This document shows positions 42,505 through 43,148 of a stretch of DNA of 43,148 bases, in pieces. A program made the translations under genes and the position numbers. This DNA comes from Candidatus Bipolaricaulia bacterium. Lineage in GTDB: Bacteria; Bipolaricaulota; Bipolaricaulia; RBG-16-55-9; DRXL01. The notes under the pieces are model-generated. The model made no database searches. It had not been told where the DNA came from and saw nothing but the letters and a program-made list of their open reading frames with translations. The stretch covers positions 1 to 43,148 of the forward strand of contig JBKBIX010000002.1 of assembly GCA_046293845.1 (NCBI GenBank), in the 5' to 3' direction. How positions within the stretch are numbered: position 1 is the stretch's first letter; every line of letters starts with the position of its first letter.

Positions 42505-43062
42505 ATGACGACACTCGTGCTTGTGGGCGTCGTCGCCCTGCTCATTCTCCTTGTCATTGCGCTGTACAATAGCTTAGTCACGGCGCGCAATCGCGTGGAC
42601 AATGCGTGGTCGCAGATTGACGTGCAGCTCAAACGCCGCCATGATCTCATCCCCAATTTAGTCGAGGTCTGCAAGGGCTATATGAAGTATGAGCAGTCCG
42701 TGCTGGAGAGCGTGACCAAGGCGCGCCAGCAAGCGGTGCAGATCTCCGGGGGGAGCGTGCAAGAGCGCGCCCAAGCCGAAAATGTTCTCAGCGGGGCGTT
42801 GCGGCATCTCTTCGCCGTCGCTGAGAATTATCCTGAACTCAAGGCCAATCAGAATATGTTGGCGCTGCAAGAAGAGCTGACGGCAACAGAAAACCGCATT
42901 GCGTTCGCGCGCCAACACTATAACGATTCGGTGATGCGCTATAATACACAGATTCAGCAGTTCCCCGCGAATCTCTTCGCGAGCAGTTTTGGCTTTCAGC
43001 CCAGGGCGTCCTTCGAGCTGACTGAGCCGACCCAGCGCGAGCCGGTCAAAGTGCAGTTTTAG
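42505..43062 (+). CDS. lemA: LemA-family membrane protein
   Basis: An N-terminal TM followed by YNSLVTARNRVDNAWSQIDVQLKRRHDLIPNLVE, the canonical LemA core. Confidence 0.9.
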   Translation: MTTLVLVGVVALLILLVIALYNSLVTARNRVDNAWSQIDVQLKRRHDLIPNLVEVCKGYMKYEQSVLESVTKARQQAVQISGGSVQERAQAENVLSGALRHLFAVAENYPELKANQNMLALQEELTATENRIAFARQHYNDSVMRYNTQIQQFPANLFASSFGFQPRASFELTEPTQREPVKVQF

Positions 43063-43148
43063 CCAAATACGCAACGCTGATCGGGGCTATTGCTGGGGCG
43101 ATCATCGTGCTCTCTGATCTCTTCCTGCGCACGCTGCGCTTTAGGAGC

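Overview
This is a 43.1-kb stretch of a moderately GC-rich bacterial chromosome. It is very tightly packed, with many ATGA/GTGA start-stop overlaps, and consists almost entirely of housekeeping genes in three strand blocks: plus 1-18323, minus 18325-29036, plus 29519-41499.

Gene content in order:
- ileS (5' partial), two tiny membrane ORFs, birA (no HTH), purA.
- A redox block: a GltD-like flavoprotein, a porGDAB-type and then a korDABG-type 2-oxoacid:ferredoxin oxidoreductase, and glutamate dehydrogenase.
- tyrS, HIT, prs-rplY(ctc)-pth.
- A minus-strand run: dnaA-recF-DUF721(DciA)-GT4-NHL-hslV-hslU.
- A TSUP permease, a small zinc-ribbon protein, glutaminyl cyclase, rsmD, an alpha/beta hydrolase.
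- A secreted protein plus a MacB-type ABC exporter.
- tRNA-Pro(UGG) abutting dnaX-ybaB-recR.
- A roughly 0.9-kb lower-GC islet with toxin-antitoxin-like small genes.
- An MDR-family oxidoreductase, a secreted PLD-family nuclease overlapping priA, an RseC-like protein, an IscA-like protein and LemA.

I saw no rRNA, CRISPR array, transposase, integrase, reverse transcriptase or phage genes. I cannot point to a convincing novel multi-gene system, and most of the window is ordinary core genome.

The signals that standard annotation would not explain are:
1. A GC-rich palindromic repeat present in frame, in the same orientation and frame, inside both ileS and priA.
2. A roughly 150-nt strongly structured minus-strand RNA candidate in the 29.0-29.5 kb divergent spacer.
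3. A promoter-SD-terminator-framed 19-aa lysine-rich micro-ORF at 36.9-37.3 kb.
4. A DnaA without domain I, no dnaN, and a zinc-ribbon-extended DciA in the same operon.
5. The low-GC DUF4258-like/DUF2283/unknown three-gene islet.

All family assignments come from motif recognition by eye. No database search was run.
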